64,000 bases of DNA from Octopus sinensis (taxonomy: Eukaryota): positions 148,738,001-148,802,000 of the forward strand of contig NC_042997.1 in NCBI RefSeq assembly GCF_006345805.1, given 5' to 3'. The stretch's first letter is position 1; every line of letters starts with the position of its first letter. The notes below the pieces were generated by a model. The model saw only the letters and a list, made by a program, of their open reading frames with translations. It searched no databases and was not told the origin of the DNA. The position numbers and the translations under genes were made by a program. Below, piece by piece: positions 40,705 through 54,247 of the stretch.

Positions 40705-41199
40705 TAACATTTTCCGGAAGTAACAGTGACGGAAGGGCCAAGTTTTTCGTGCTTTGGCGTGACTATATATATGTATGTATGCGTGTGCGTGTGCGTGTAT
40801 GTGTGTGTGAGTATGTATTATCATAAATATATGTGCGCATTCCTGTGTATACCAACATACATGCATACTTACAAAATCAAGGCGGAGAATATAGTACACT
40901 ACTGTAAACCATAGATAGAGTACATAGTAAGCCATAGATAGAGCTGTTATTTAGATTTTCATATAACTGGAGTGAATTTCTGGAATAATTCAGTAGTTTC
41001 GAAATGTCGATAAACGATACGGTGATAATTATTTGGTAAATCATCGCATATGTATTTGAAGCTGATTCGAGAGGGAGACTTGTATTTTCAAAAATAATGG
41101 AATCAATTCAATAATACGATTTATTGTTGGTAAAATACAATATACAAGACGTAAAATACAAGGTGCTAGTTATATGTAACAAAGTAAAACTTTCAAACG

Positions 41200-41720
41200 C
41201 AAGTAAACCGAATTATCCTGTAACTCCACCCTTCTCTTTTGTTGTAAGATTCTACGACCCTTCCACATCTTCGTTTTCAGCACTTCCACATTCCACCGTC
41301 CATTGATTCCTATTCCAGCCCTAACACCATTCATGCGTGCCAGTAACCTATATGATTTACTGATCCGTATCACATTAACCTTCCGCCATTGCTCTATGAA
41401 TGTTTTGTTGCGCCCTTTAGGACACGCGGCCTTTCAGTAGCAATATCACTTTCTTCACAACTCACAAGCGTTGCATCCTGCACATCTCTCATTATTTCAC
41501 CTACATCTGTATTAGTGGCATCTGCTGCCTCAAATACTTCATAGTATTCTGTACAATTTAGTAAGCTGATATTCGTTTAACTGTTAAAGTGTTTGGTTTA
41601 AATGTTAAAGTGTTTCCATTAAACATATGCCCATTTCAAGTCTCGTAGAGAGAAGTGACTATTCCATCTTTTCACATATACGCTCCCTTCGATTTCAAAT
41701 TACCACTGATCTTCCTCCAC
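41200..41720 (+). mobile_element. Possible decayed Penelope-like linker/GIY-YIG endonuclease region
   Basis: RASNLYDLLIRI resembles the PLE RRxxNLxDxLVRS motif, followed by Cys-containing and IVFC-like remnants. Heavily degraded. Confidence 0.4.
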
Positions 41721-42387
41721 AATCTCCTGCGCACACTGTACAAACTCAGAATCATCAACGTCGATTATCATAGCAATATTTATACTAAATTCATGACAAT
41801 ACACTAAAATTACACAATACGAGGCATATGTCTGCAAGCACCTGCAGTTGCACACAAAGATCTATATTTGTAAAACACATTAATATATGTGCAATCGTAG
41901 TCACACACACAAACCATCACACAGAAACGACCTTGGGGGCTCAATAAATATTTAACTATCGCACATCACTCAATTACTCTTACTTAAATTTAATGTGCAT
42001 CACTTCTCGGAACATCAGAAGGAACAGCTCATAATCGTCAACTTTTATTCTATTTGACTTTTGGTCGTTATTTTTTTTACTACTGATAAAACCAAAGCAT
42101 GACATGTTAGTGAGCTTTGTTAACTAAACTCTTGCCACCGAACAAACATCTTCCCTATCATTGCAGGCATGTATTAGCCTCTCACCACTAACTACGACTC
42201 GTTTCGAATGTCCCCGGGTACCACATTTCTGATAGTTCACTCCGGTTTTCCGCGATCATTATCAATAATGTTTTGAAACTATTGAATGAATATATAATGC
42301 TCAAACGTTTAAAATGTGCTTTTGGAAAGTACCTTTGCAAATGAACTGTTAAGAAGAGCTTTGGGCAGCAAGTTGTCAATTACTTAC

Positions 42388-42453
42388 ACGTCGCACAGTC
42401 ATTCTTGGTAGTGTCATCACATTACAGCATGGAAGACTTGGACTGTTCCAAAT
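42388..42453 (-). CDS. Candidate coding exon (IWNSPSLPCCNVMTLPRMTVRR)
   Basis: ctatttgtag acceptor, CGT|gtaagt donor, 66 nt, phase 0-0; the only open frame. Confidence 0.22.
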
Positions 42454-42723
42454 CTACAAATAGTTGCAATAGATAGCCTCTAAGATGGAAGAGGTTTGTA
42501 TGTACAAATGAAGTCACTAGACCAACACTTCACAATAATAGTTTAGTAAAATGCCGCTGAATGACGCGCAGGCCAAGATGAACTCGGCTCATAAAAGTAA
42601 TTGTCTATTCCCTTTTCTTTCTGCCATTTTTTAAGTGGAAATGACCATCAGTAATCAGTCACATTGCAAATCGTCCTTGTAATACCGCCCACATCTGAAA
42701 TTCCTATAGCAACGACGAACAAA

Positions 42724-42900
42724 TTGCTTAGCGGCATTTCGTCCATCTTTACGTTCTGATTTCAAATTTCACCGAAATCGACTTTGATTTTGATCGTTCC
42801 GAGTGAATGAAATAATTATCATTTGGGCACTGCACATGGGCTGACGTAATAGGCTAGCCCCCACCCAACTTGCTGGAACAGCGCCAATATTTTAAACCGA
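42724..42900 (+). mobile_element. Decayed SINE S1
   Basis: tgcttagcggcatttcgtccatctttacgttctgatttcaaatttcaccgaaatcgactttg. Confidence 0.6.
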
Positions 42901-45639
42901 TGTTAATATTACATTTTCTATGTGGAAATATTATGGATCATCACCTCGTAATTTATTTGAATTCCAATATATTTGAAAGCAACTTGGTTAAGATATTATA
43001 TTCCATTGTTCAGGAAATTGATTCTCTGAATTAATTTATGAATTCTTCTTTGCCCCTTCTTTCCTCAACTATGTTGCGACATCCGGGCCCATCTGACTAT
43101 GAATGTACTTTGTTTGTTACTAGTTGTTATAAATTCCCTGCGAAAGTTCTACATCGAAATATGTACACGTTAACATAATGCTCGTAGGCAACACTATCTA
43201 TATCCAACAATTTTCTTTGTACATAAAACTCAGATTTTCCCGATTAGCAGTTGCTGTTATTGTCGTCTTTATATTTATTCCGGCGTGAGCCGTGGCAAGC
43301 TTTCAAAATAAACAACCAAATTCAGGTAACTGCTTCACCCACACATTCGTCATCATGATTCTTATATTCTTTACACACCTCGCTGGAAATAAATATTCAC
43401 TACATGCATCTACAATTCCGTTCCATCGAAAGGGTACGCATCTTAACATCCAAAAACTTACAACACGTCAGAGAAAACAGAAACTTGAAATTCAAACAAT
43501 GCTGAACCCAGCCTGTGGTGTATTTGAAATCGTCTCAGCTAAGGCGCAGACACAATATATTTCTCTTTTAGAAAATTCACTACCTGTTGGCAATGTCTGC
43601 ACGTCGATTATTGCGCAATAAACTTGCTAAACCAGTATTTTCAAGCCAAAAATCCGTTTATATTTCAGTAATGAATTCTCTTGAATTATCTAAATTGCCT
43701 GTGCCGAAAAAACTTTATGGTATTCGAATCAGTGGGGACTCATTAGTATGGCTGTACGTTATCCTAATTATATCCTAATTATGTTACGACCAAGATGGTT
43801 GTAAAAGTTTTATGAACTCTTTACAATAATAGTATCACAGATAGAATCTATTTTTTCTATTTTAAAATATTACGCGCCTTTTCAATTAACCTTATTTTAT
43901 TTTTTAAAATGAAATTGTTGATATCGCAAATATTCTGAGGTACCCATGTTTCTGGCAGTGTATATATATAGTCAAACATACCGAACATTTTGTTCTTAAA
44001 TCTTGTTGTTATGTACTGTATAGTAAATTGACGTGGGATAATTACCAACACGAACTCTGTCATTAAAAGGAGTGTGTAGCTGAAGTAATTTTATATGTTG
44101 CTCTTATATAGCTGTACTCGAAGTTTTTGTGATTTTTATTTTTACGACTTTCCTCTCGGGGATAACATGCATTCTGTCTGATCATTAGGTTTTTTTAGAA
44201 ATAGTACGGCTATATATACCTAAAAACACCTGTTACGCAACAGACTATCAGTCATATTTTGAAGGGAATTTGGTTGCCATTCTATGCGGCCACATACAGT
44301 TTCTTTTGCAGATGCAATTTGTAGTGTTATATTCTGTTGCTCTACCTCGTGTTCTTATTACTTTTCTCGCTTTCTCTGATGTTTAGCATAATGTTTCCTG
44401 TATGTCACCTTTGTTACACTAGTGTGGTTCTTGGCAATGGGGTGACAGATTTTGATCACTTTTTTCTATGACCACATTTCCAATACTTATCAGTCTACTC
44501 GCTGAAATACTAGCCGTTTTGAATGCTGCCTTAAACGAAAATAGAATACAAATAGACTACTTGTAGACAGCAGACTATTTTGTGGTTATGAAGAAACCAT
44601 CAATCATACTTTTCTTGCCGCATAACCTTAGCTAGCAAGTAAATATATTTGCAGTGATGATAGAGCTCGTGGTATTTCTACTGGAATTAACAGACGATTT
44701 AAAAAGGCAAACTAAGAAGAGAAACTCAAAATATTCGCCCACACTGATGAAAATATCCACGGAATATCAGATGCATTTTAAAAGGTGGGATGAGCTAGGC
44801 TGTATGTCATATATATATCATATATCCGCTTACTCACGCTTGGATGGACGAAGTAACAAAATAAACCAACGGAAAAGAGATAACAAGAATATTTATCAAC
44901 AATTGTCTCAGAAAGACAAACTAATGCTTTTGGACATACTGATTCGCAAGGTAAATTGTTCCTATATATATATATAAACGCCATTAGTAAAAGACATGTC
45001 TTCTAATCAGCAGAATTTCAAGATGTATATCTTAAGCATGTCGAAAATGTAACAGATATAAAATTGAAGAACAGATATAATCAAATAAGTGGATGCTGAA
45101 AGAATAATCTCATAATAAAAGAACATTCAGGAATGGTAGAAAAAAATGTCCTTATAAATGCATAATCATAATCCCAGGGCTTACACATATCAATGCCTAT
45201 ACTCTGAAAGTGTATGTGTGAATGTAGTTTGAAAGCAGTTGCATATCCTGAGAAAATGTTTCTGTGAAAGTAGTTTGCATATCCTGTTGACACAGTGTTT
45301 CATGCAAAGATTTACGCAAACATTTGTGTGTGCACACGCACCCCAAACCTCGCAATCTCTCTCTCACTCACTCACACACAAACACACCACACACACACAC
45401 ACACACACTCTCTCTCTCTCTCTCACATACACACACACAAGCAGATACACAAACACACAAGTGCACAGAGGAATCATTGACTAAATCATATATGCGCAAA
45501 ACACATCAGACGTGATAAATACATGCCAAATGCAAATCTGCAAAACAAGCACGTTTAAATATATTTATGCTCTACAAATAACGTTTTATGTATAAACGTG
45601 TCTTGGGCATATTTTCTAAATGATAATATCTAAATCTTT

Positions 45640-45890
<251 letters not shown>

Positions 45891-46357
45891 GTATGAAAGA
45901 GTCCCTGGTCAGGTTTCATAAACTATTATTTAAACATTTGTGTTTTATTTGCTGCATTACTTGCTGAACAAGTCTTTTTCTCTTATTTTTGTTACGTTAG
46001 CGGTGAATGTATACTTAGCGATTGAGTTAACCAATGTTATATAATATATCAAAAAGATATATAATCAAACACACTCTCCTGCATAGCATAAAACAAAGGG
46101 TTTTTGCTAGAACTATGAATGTGGGTATATTTTCTTATCTATTCTGGTAATGTACAGTTTAAGGAAATAAAGTTTTCTTTGAGACTCTTCGAACCAATCA
46201 ATAAATCTCTCTCTAAGAAATGCACCTCTGTTCGCAGAATTTGCTGCAATACGATCGACCTTAAATGACCTTACTTACAAATTCAGGAAAATTAGATGAA
46301 ATATTCCTAGTAAAATTCCTAACCTTATGTATATAACATTCCAAAAATATACGTATA

Positions 46358-46766
46358 CTCTTTACTCTTTACTCTTTTACTTGTTTCAGTCACGTGACTG
46401 GAGCACCGTCTTTAGTCGAGCAAATCGACCCCAGGACTTATTCTATCGATCTCTTTTGCCGAACCGCTAAGTTACGGGGACGTAAACACACCAGCATCGG
46501 TTGTCAAGCGATGTTGGGGAGGGGACAAACACAGACACACGCATACATATACACACGCATACATACATACATATATATATATATTATATATATATATATA
46601 CATATATACGACGGGCTTCTTTCAGTTTCCGTCTACCAAATCCACTCACAAGGCTCTGGTCGGCCCGAGGCTATAGTAGAAGACACTTGCCCAAGGTGCC
46701 ACGTAGTGGGACTGAACCCGGAACCATGTGGTTCGTAAGCAAGCTACTTACCACACAGCCACTCCT
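46358..46766 (-). mobile_element. SINE S2
   Basis: Reverse complement of 20458-20843, including head, internal microsatellite and (AAAGAGT)n tail. Confidence 0.9.
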
Positions 46767-48399
46767 ACGTATATACAAATTTTAGGTGCGTTATAAATTG
46801 AGAATATGTCACATAAAACATAATAGTAAGGCATAGACAACGTACCTTCAAAGAATGCGGAAAAATAAGATAGTTTTTACGTTGTAACATACATTAAACA
46901 GGACTGTATCAGAGGTTGAGAGTAGCAGAAATGTTACTCTTTTCTACATATCAACAGTTAGTCCACTTTACGTTTTGAGAATACAGGCACCTAAAATCAA
47001 TTTTACTTTCCAATTTGTGTGAAAGGAAATATAAGTGAAGTACTGGGCTTGATAAATTTGAGTATATCACACTTCACTTTATGTGATATTGTATAATTGT
47101 TAATCACCGTTATTGTTATGCTGATAGATTTAAAATAGCGACAGGTCGATATTTATTCCGATAGTCTTTCAATCTTCGAAGGGAGTTATTTCACTTCCAT
47201 TAAACTATTGTCTACATTTATACATGCACGAAAAATAAATATAAATTTTAAATACCTGACAACCACGTGTAGATTCAAAAACGTGTAGTTACAAGAATCT
47301 TTTCTTATAGATTTTTGTGTTAATATTAACATAAAATAACACACACATGATATGTAACACGAACCACAAAAATATATTTCAAAACCGAGTTTATAGAGAA
47401 AATATACGAGAATATTTCAACAAAAACAATAATATGAAATAATTCTCATTCATAGTGAAAGGATATAATATACTTTTTATGACGGTAGTTTTATGATATG
47501 ATCTTTTTTTTTTACATTCTTGCACATGAAATTATTTAGTTAAATGTGGCTATGTCCCAATGTGTTGATTAAGTAGTATATAAAGTTTTGGATTAGATTT
47601 TTGCTATTTGTAATAATGGCTTTATCATATATGACTACAAATAAAAACTGGCCCGAAAATGAGAGAATTGTTCAAGACTATGAAGTAATGATATAGTAAA
47701 GAAATTGTTGGCATGAAAACGGTTAGTATACTAGAACTCAGAAACAGGGGACAGTTTAACACTGCATTTAATCGAAAGCATGTCTCTCGGTGATATAACA
47801 CAAGTGGTTTGGGTATTTAGTTACATAGTCCTAAAAATACGCAGCTAACATTAACATGAATTCAAACATAAGAGAATACTTAGCTTCAGTAAACTAAGAG
47901 CAACGTCTAATAAAGTATACTATTATGAAATACTCGTTAATTTTTTTAGATATTAAAATTGGATTCCTATTTTGATGAAGTATTTTCATATATCAATCTA
48001 TATATATTCGCTATCATGCAGCTGCTAGCACATTTAATGCAGGGGCAATTAAAGTTTATCTAGAAAAGTTATGTAAAAAGAAAAGCACTCAAAAATCATA
48101 TTTATAATCAGTCAACAATAGTCAGAGAACACTTCAAACAGCTTTGTGTATTATTATACCTGTTCACTGGATCATTTATTCTACTGTAATAACTGATACA
48201 GCGAGGAAGATATTCTCTACTGAAATATACACAATTGGCATTTGACAAGGATTTAAGTAATTTAGTTAAAAGCTTTTGATATTAAAATGCATGTTAAGGT
48301 ATAAAATATTTCTTGTCTATGATGTGTAGTGAATATTGACAGCAAATTAATAATTTCTATTAAATGATGTTTCCTGCGCAATTCCTTGCCAGACAATTT

Positions 48400-48619
48400 C
48401 TATTTACATACATACGTGTACACGTACAGGCTTACACGCACGCATACGCGCGGGCACTCACATGCACACATATGCGTTTCTATACATACACACACACATA
48501 TATATATGCATATACACACACATATATGTGTATATATATATATATATATACATATATACATATATACATACACATATATACACACATATACATATATATA
48601 TATATATATCTATATATGA

Positions 48620-48689
<70 letters not shown>

Positions 48690-48725
48690 ATATATACATA
48701 CATACATACATATGTATATGTACAT
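48400..48725. repeat. (TA)n/(CA)n microsatellite
   Basis: Seen directly. Confidence 0.95.
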
Positions 48726-50040
48726 ATCCCAAACATTTCCCCTTAGCAAAGCTATTTCTATGTTTTAATTTCAAAACAACATTTGCCTCGAGGATTTTGT
48801 GTCTGTACAGTCTGTAGTTTATTGATCGATTGTAGAACAATTATTACTGCCATTGTTGCAGAATTCCAAGTGCAGAATATCTTTTGAATGATTTTTTTTT
48901 GTTTACATTAAATATATTTGCTTTTAGGCTTTCGGCACTCAAAGCTACTTTCAATTCATATAGTTTATTGCAATAACAAAACTGTTGTGTTAGATATATT
49001 GATGGTTGTTGATGTAACTGTTAGTTTTGCATTAAACACTGTTTTCTTTCGGTTTGCTATTATTTAACAATTATAAATTGTCAAATATTTCGCATAATGC
49101 AAATTCATTACAATTATATCATAATAACTAATATGTTTACTGGATATGTTTGCCTCTCTTTCAGCACATCTAATAAATGTATAAATGTTGCTATATATTG
49201 GTCACAACGTTACGTACGAATTAAGAGCACATTGAATATTTATTTCTCATGATATATTCAGGTGCCATATTTCTTACTCGTTAGATTGTGTCGCTAATTA
49301 TTCAATTCGTCAAATAGTTTCAATAGATAATTGTCAAAAGTAGCAATATAAATTTGAATATAGTTGCTGATAGCAATAAACAAAAATTTAGTATTTAAAC
49401 AATGGCACTTATGCCTGATAACTCTTATTAAATTTACATCTACTGTGGAAGACGTAACGATTTCTAAGATATAGCATTTTATTAAATATAGAATATAAAA
49501 TCAATCACAATATGTTCTTCAGTAAATTTGATTTTAATCATGCATTCTCAGGCACAAGTTTTATTATTTCAAAATTGCAGTATAATTTATTCACATCAGT
49601 TCCTATATTCCCATTTATATTGCTTCCTATGACAGTTATTTTACTATAATTAGTAATTCTTAATTAATGAATTGCATAATCCGATGCGCAATATAATGAT
49701 AAGGAACAGTGGCACCTCTGTCTGATATTAATCATGCAATGGCATTCGCTAAAGAAATATAGTATATATACAGAAGTTTGAATAATTTTGTTTGGCATGA
49801 AGATATATGTGATTTGATGTTTCGCAAATCTATCTTACTCTGCAGGAAAACATTTTTTTTTCAAATCTAAGCAGCAAAAGATAATGACCAAACAGCTCAT
49901 GAATACATCAAAGCAGACAACAGTATCGTACCAGTACAAACTGCCAGTCTTCCTGATTCAGCTTTGTCTGTCTGTACGCCTCTCTTCTTGTCGCTCTCTC
50001 TCTTTCTTACTCACACACGCGTGCGCGCGCATGATATATA

Positions 50041-50086
<46 letters not shown>

Positions 50087-50109
50087 TATATATATATAGG
50101 GAGAGTTTA

Positions 50110-50295
50110 CGAAAAAAAAAAAACAAAAGACGAAGACAGGTGGTGTACAAACAAACAGATGAATTAGTATAACGCTCAGGAATAGAAAAAAGTATTTTAC
50201 GTTTCGAGCCTACGCTCTTCAACAGAAACGGACACAGAAAAAACAAGGAGAGAAAACAATGTGTGTAGTGGCTAACGTTCTATCATGGCGACTGA
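50110..50295 (-). mobile_element. Repeat family H copy
   Basis: Matches 28255-28450; abuts (TA)n at 50030-50098. Confidence 0.75.
50194..50229 (-). ncRNA. Minimal hammerhead-ribozyme-like motif (variant core CUGUUGA)
   Basis: Minus strand gttt-CTGTTGA-A-GAGC-gtag-GCTC-GAAAC-GTA-aaat. Confidence 0.55.
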
Positions 50296-50815
50296 TATAA
50301 ATATATATATATATGACACAACATGATTCGTCAATCGAGTTAAAATATGCATAATTGAAGTGTGAATATCAAATCTGTTCCATAGAATTTTGCTGATTTT
50401 AGTCGTGATTACAATAGGAATTTTTTCGTCACATCTCAATGTATGGTGAATGGAAAATAGGTTGAGGAGTGAGGTTTGCTATGTGTTTAGATAGGTCTTT
50501 TTTCTTTTGGATAGGTCTCCTGTCCATCCCAGCTATCTAGAATCGAAAATAACTTAAACACGTCAAGTTCTGAGCTCGATTTCGACAAGTCTTTTCAGTG
50601 TTAGCAGTTTTAGTTATTCTTTTGTTTTTGTTGGATTTAGTCATTTGCTTTGACGATGTACATGTCAAAGTTACAAAATCTGGTATTTGAAACCTTAGTA
50701 ATTGGGCGTGTGAACTATATCTATTAAATAATAATTAAAGGTTTTACCAAACAGCAATGGCATGCAAAATATAGTTGTCAAAATGGACAAATCATAGACA
50801 CAATGATTAATGTGA

Positions 50816-51275
50816 CTAGACGCATTTTAAAACTGAAAGATAAGAATTTAACTATCACTGAAATTGACTAAGGGTGCAGGGGAGTACCAATATTGCTAGA
50901 AACAAGAGTCAAAACACTTTGGCCACGAATAAAGCACAGATCTATGTACTGACAAAGAAAACAACCTCCCCACACCGATGCCAATTTCATATGAAATTAA
51001 TGCTCATCAATGATCCTACACCATCGCAGGTGATGAACCTAAATTCCTCTTGTCAGTATATGTAGAATTTACTGTAGGAATCAATGGCTGATTCAGTAAA
51101 GTGTTAATGTGAAAATTATAAAACGATTAAACTGGCTAGACGCAATTTAAAATCAAGAAGGACAGATTTAACCGTCACTACAAGTATCTAAGTGTGCAGA
51201 GGAGCACCAACAGTGGTAGAAACAAGAGACAAAGTATATTTAGCCACGAACAAAGCACAGTTCTACGTACTGACA
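50816..51275. repeat. Diverged direct duplication of about 140 bp (50816-50954 and 51136-51275)
   Basis: ctagacgca...gtgcag.ggag...tagaaacaagag...gccacgaa.aaagcacag.tcta.gtactgaca occurs twice, 320 bp apart. Confidence 0.85.
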
Positions 51276-51326
51276 TGCATGTATGTAGTTATGTATATAT
51301 GTGTGTACACATACACACACAAACAC

Positions 51327-51375
<49 letters not shown>

Positions 51376-51415
51376 CCTCTTTATAAGAATAGCATATATA
51401 TATATATATATGTAT

Positions 51416-51457
<42 letters not shown>

Positions 51458-53238
51458 ATGTATACACACAATGTCAGTGATATATAACTCTATTCGTCTT
51501 CCATTAAGTGAGATAATCTAAGAAAGCCTCAGCACGACTCATTAGTCAAGAGAAAGTAATAAGTATTAATCAAAACCAACAGAAGTTTCCCAAGATCAAT
51601 AACCTCTTTCTATTTGGACAAGATTGTTAATTTGCTAAGCAATTCTTCCTGCATGATGAGAATTACAATACGTGCTTTTACAAATACCCGGAATGCCGAA
51701 AGTTGTAGAACGGTCTTCGTTCAACATTAACTTTATGTATGGGATACTTGTATCTGCTTACGTTATTATTACTTTCAAAAATCAATGATGTAATTCATTA
51801 CCATTATTTCTCGTGTTGTTTTCTCCCATGGTAAGGAGCAAACCGCGTGTCTGGTAATCCGTTTGAGGGAAGCACTGGGAAAGTATGGTGTGTTTATACT
51901 CTTTACTATAAGAAAGAATGTTTTTCTCGACACTCGCTTTAGGCAATAGGTATTAAAACACCAACAATCATATCACTGTAGTAGAACGTAGTATGCATTT
52001 CAAGTTGTCTGTTTAGCATCCGCACGGTATGTCACGAGTGATATAACCCTACAATGATTCTGGTTGTCATGGCTTCCTTGCAGGTAATCACTATAAACTA
52101 CAAATATATTTGAACTAATCTAAATATCATATGTAATTCACAAGACTGTTTTCATGTGCCTGTTACATATTTTGTTTTAACCTAGTCAGCGTCGCAGTTC
52201 ATAGCTTTTGCTGATTCTCTATAAGGAAGTCATGTCTACACGTTACTATGATAGCTAAACAGTTTCAAATACATTCATTTTGCATCCTACGCATAAGCGA
52301 TGATGTATTACTTGAATAGCTGGTCTAAAGCTAAGCGCATCTTGCACTTCAGTTATATCCTCTGAATCATTATTTTCCTTCATGTATACATATATGTTTA
52401 TGTGTGTGTATTTGTGTTTGTATGCATACAAACAGAGCGAGGGATAGAGAGAGAGACAACAAAAGGCATAGGAAGAGAGGGTGAGAAAGAGAGAGGAAGA
52501 GAGGGTGAGAAGGAGAGAAGAAGAGAGTGCTGTAAATGTGTGTTCTACTTTTAATTTAGTGAAAAGCGGTAATATTTTAATGTGTGACAAACATTCTTTA
52601 TAACATCATTTATATCTAACTTCGATTGAACGTCATAAAATTCAATCTCCCTCCCCAATTTCGTTCGTGAATGTATGTTCACAATATGACTATGCTTCTT
52701 GACATATATTATTATGTTCCTTGTTGAATCATACATGTAAGTTGCTTTCTCTTAATATGTTTATATTTTCACAAGTTTTAGAATTGAGTACGCATGAATT
52801 TTATAATAAAAAGTTTTTGAGTACACACGTATCATATTATATATATTAAGAACAATTTACAATTCTAACTTTGAATTTGCACTGAAAAGGCTTGTCGAAA
52901 TCTGAAGAAAAAGGGTAATTTTTATATGTAAAATGATTAGGTCTTGTAATAGAGTTGAGCTCATTTAACAGAAACAGCATAGCATATAGCAGTGAATGAG
53001 AATAATAATGGTTCGTGGATATATAAAACTGCATCCTTTCATCGTCTACTATATTGCAGCACTGTAGCTTATAAACCAGGAGCTTGGCAACAAAACAACG
53101 ACAAAATCAAGAGTTTTTAGGGCCACGAGGTATATCAGTCAATATTGTAACATTGTCTTCTCATATCGCCAACAAACAATAATATATCATTTAACTGCAT
53201 TAAGTTTTTGCAATAATCATGGTTAGTGTTGATAGAAA

Positions 53239-53337
<99 letters not shown>

Positions 53338-53362
53338 CACTACTACTACTACTACTACTATA
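53239..53362. repeat. (CTA)n microsatellite
   Basis: Seen directly. Confidence 0.95.
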
Positions 53363-53869
53363 ATTACTGCTAGTGCTGTTGCTGGTGCTGTTGCTGGTGC
53401 TTGGCTGGTGTAGTGGCTGGTGCTGTGGCTGGTGCTGTGGCTGGTACTAGTTGTATTTTCTATTGTTGTTGCTGTTGGTGATGTTGTTGTTTATGCTTTA
53501 CTTTATACTTTTATTGCCATTGATTTTTATTCTTTTCTCGGTGGGATTTTTACTATCGATTTCAAGATATTACCCGTGATACGAAATAAGAGTATGTAAG
53601 GGAACGAGGAGATGCTCTCAACATTCTACATCCGGCTGCTCGAAATTAAATTAAATGCAAAATATTCTATGTCCGCATTGTACATATAGCTTGACGAAAA
53701 ATATATATGAAATGGAATGCATATGTAAATTATAGGTTTAACTAATAGGGTTTACGATACCATAAATTTGCGAATACTTTGTAGCTTATGTTTAGACACA
53801 TATTTCTCCCTAGTCTTTGTGTAGTGTAAGTTAATATTTTCTCTTGAATTTCGTATAGGCGATAATATG

Positions 53870-54247
53870 TTCTACTCTAAGCACAAGGCCCGAATTTTGG
53901 CGCGGAGTGGGGTCAGATCGACTCCAGTACGCAACTGGTACTTAATTTATCGACGCCGAAATATGACAAAGTAAGTCAATCTCGGCCGAATTTGAACTCA
54001 GAACGTAAAGACAGACGAAATACCTATTTCTTTATTAGCCACAAGGGGCTAAACACAGAGGGGGACAAACAAGGACAGACATAGGTATTAAGTCGATTAC
54101 ATCGACCCCAGTGCGTAACTGGTACTTAATTTATCGACCCCGAAAGGATGAAAAGCAAAGTCAACCTCGGCGGAATTTGAACTCACAACGTAACGACAGA
54201 CGAAATACCGTTAAGCATTTCGAACGTTTCTGCCAGCTGGCCGCCTT
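53870..54247 (-). mobile_element. Dimeric SINE S1 composite
   Basis: Same two-unit structure as 32517-32898. Confidence 0.85.

Noticed and set aside
44654-44977. 107-aa plus-strand ORF with AG/GT-like boundaries (also 43292-43621 and 11777-12067)
   Set aside because: No recognisable domain, competing open frames on the other strand, and no compatible neighbouring exons identified.
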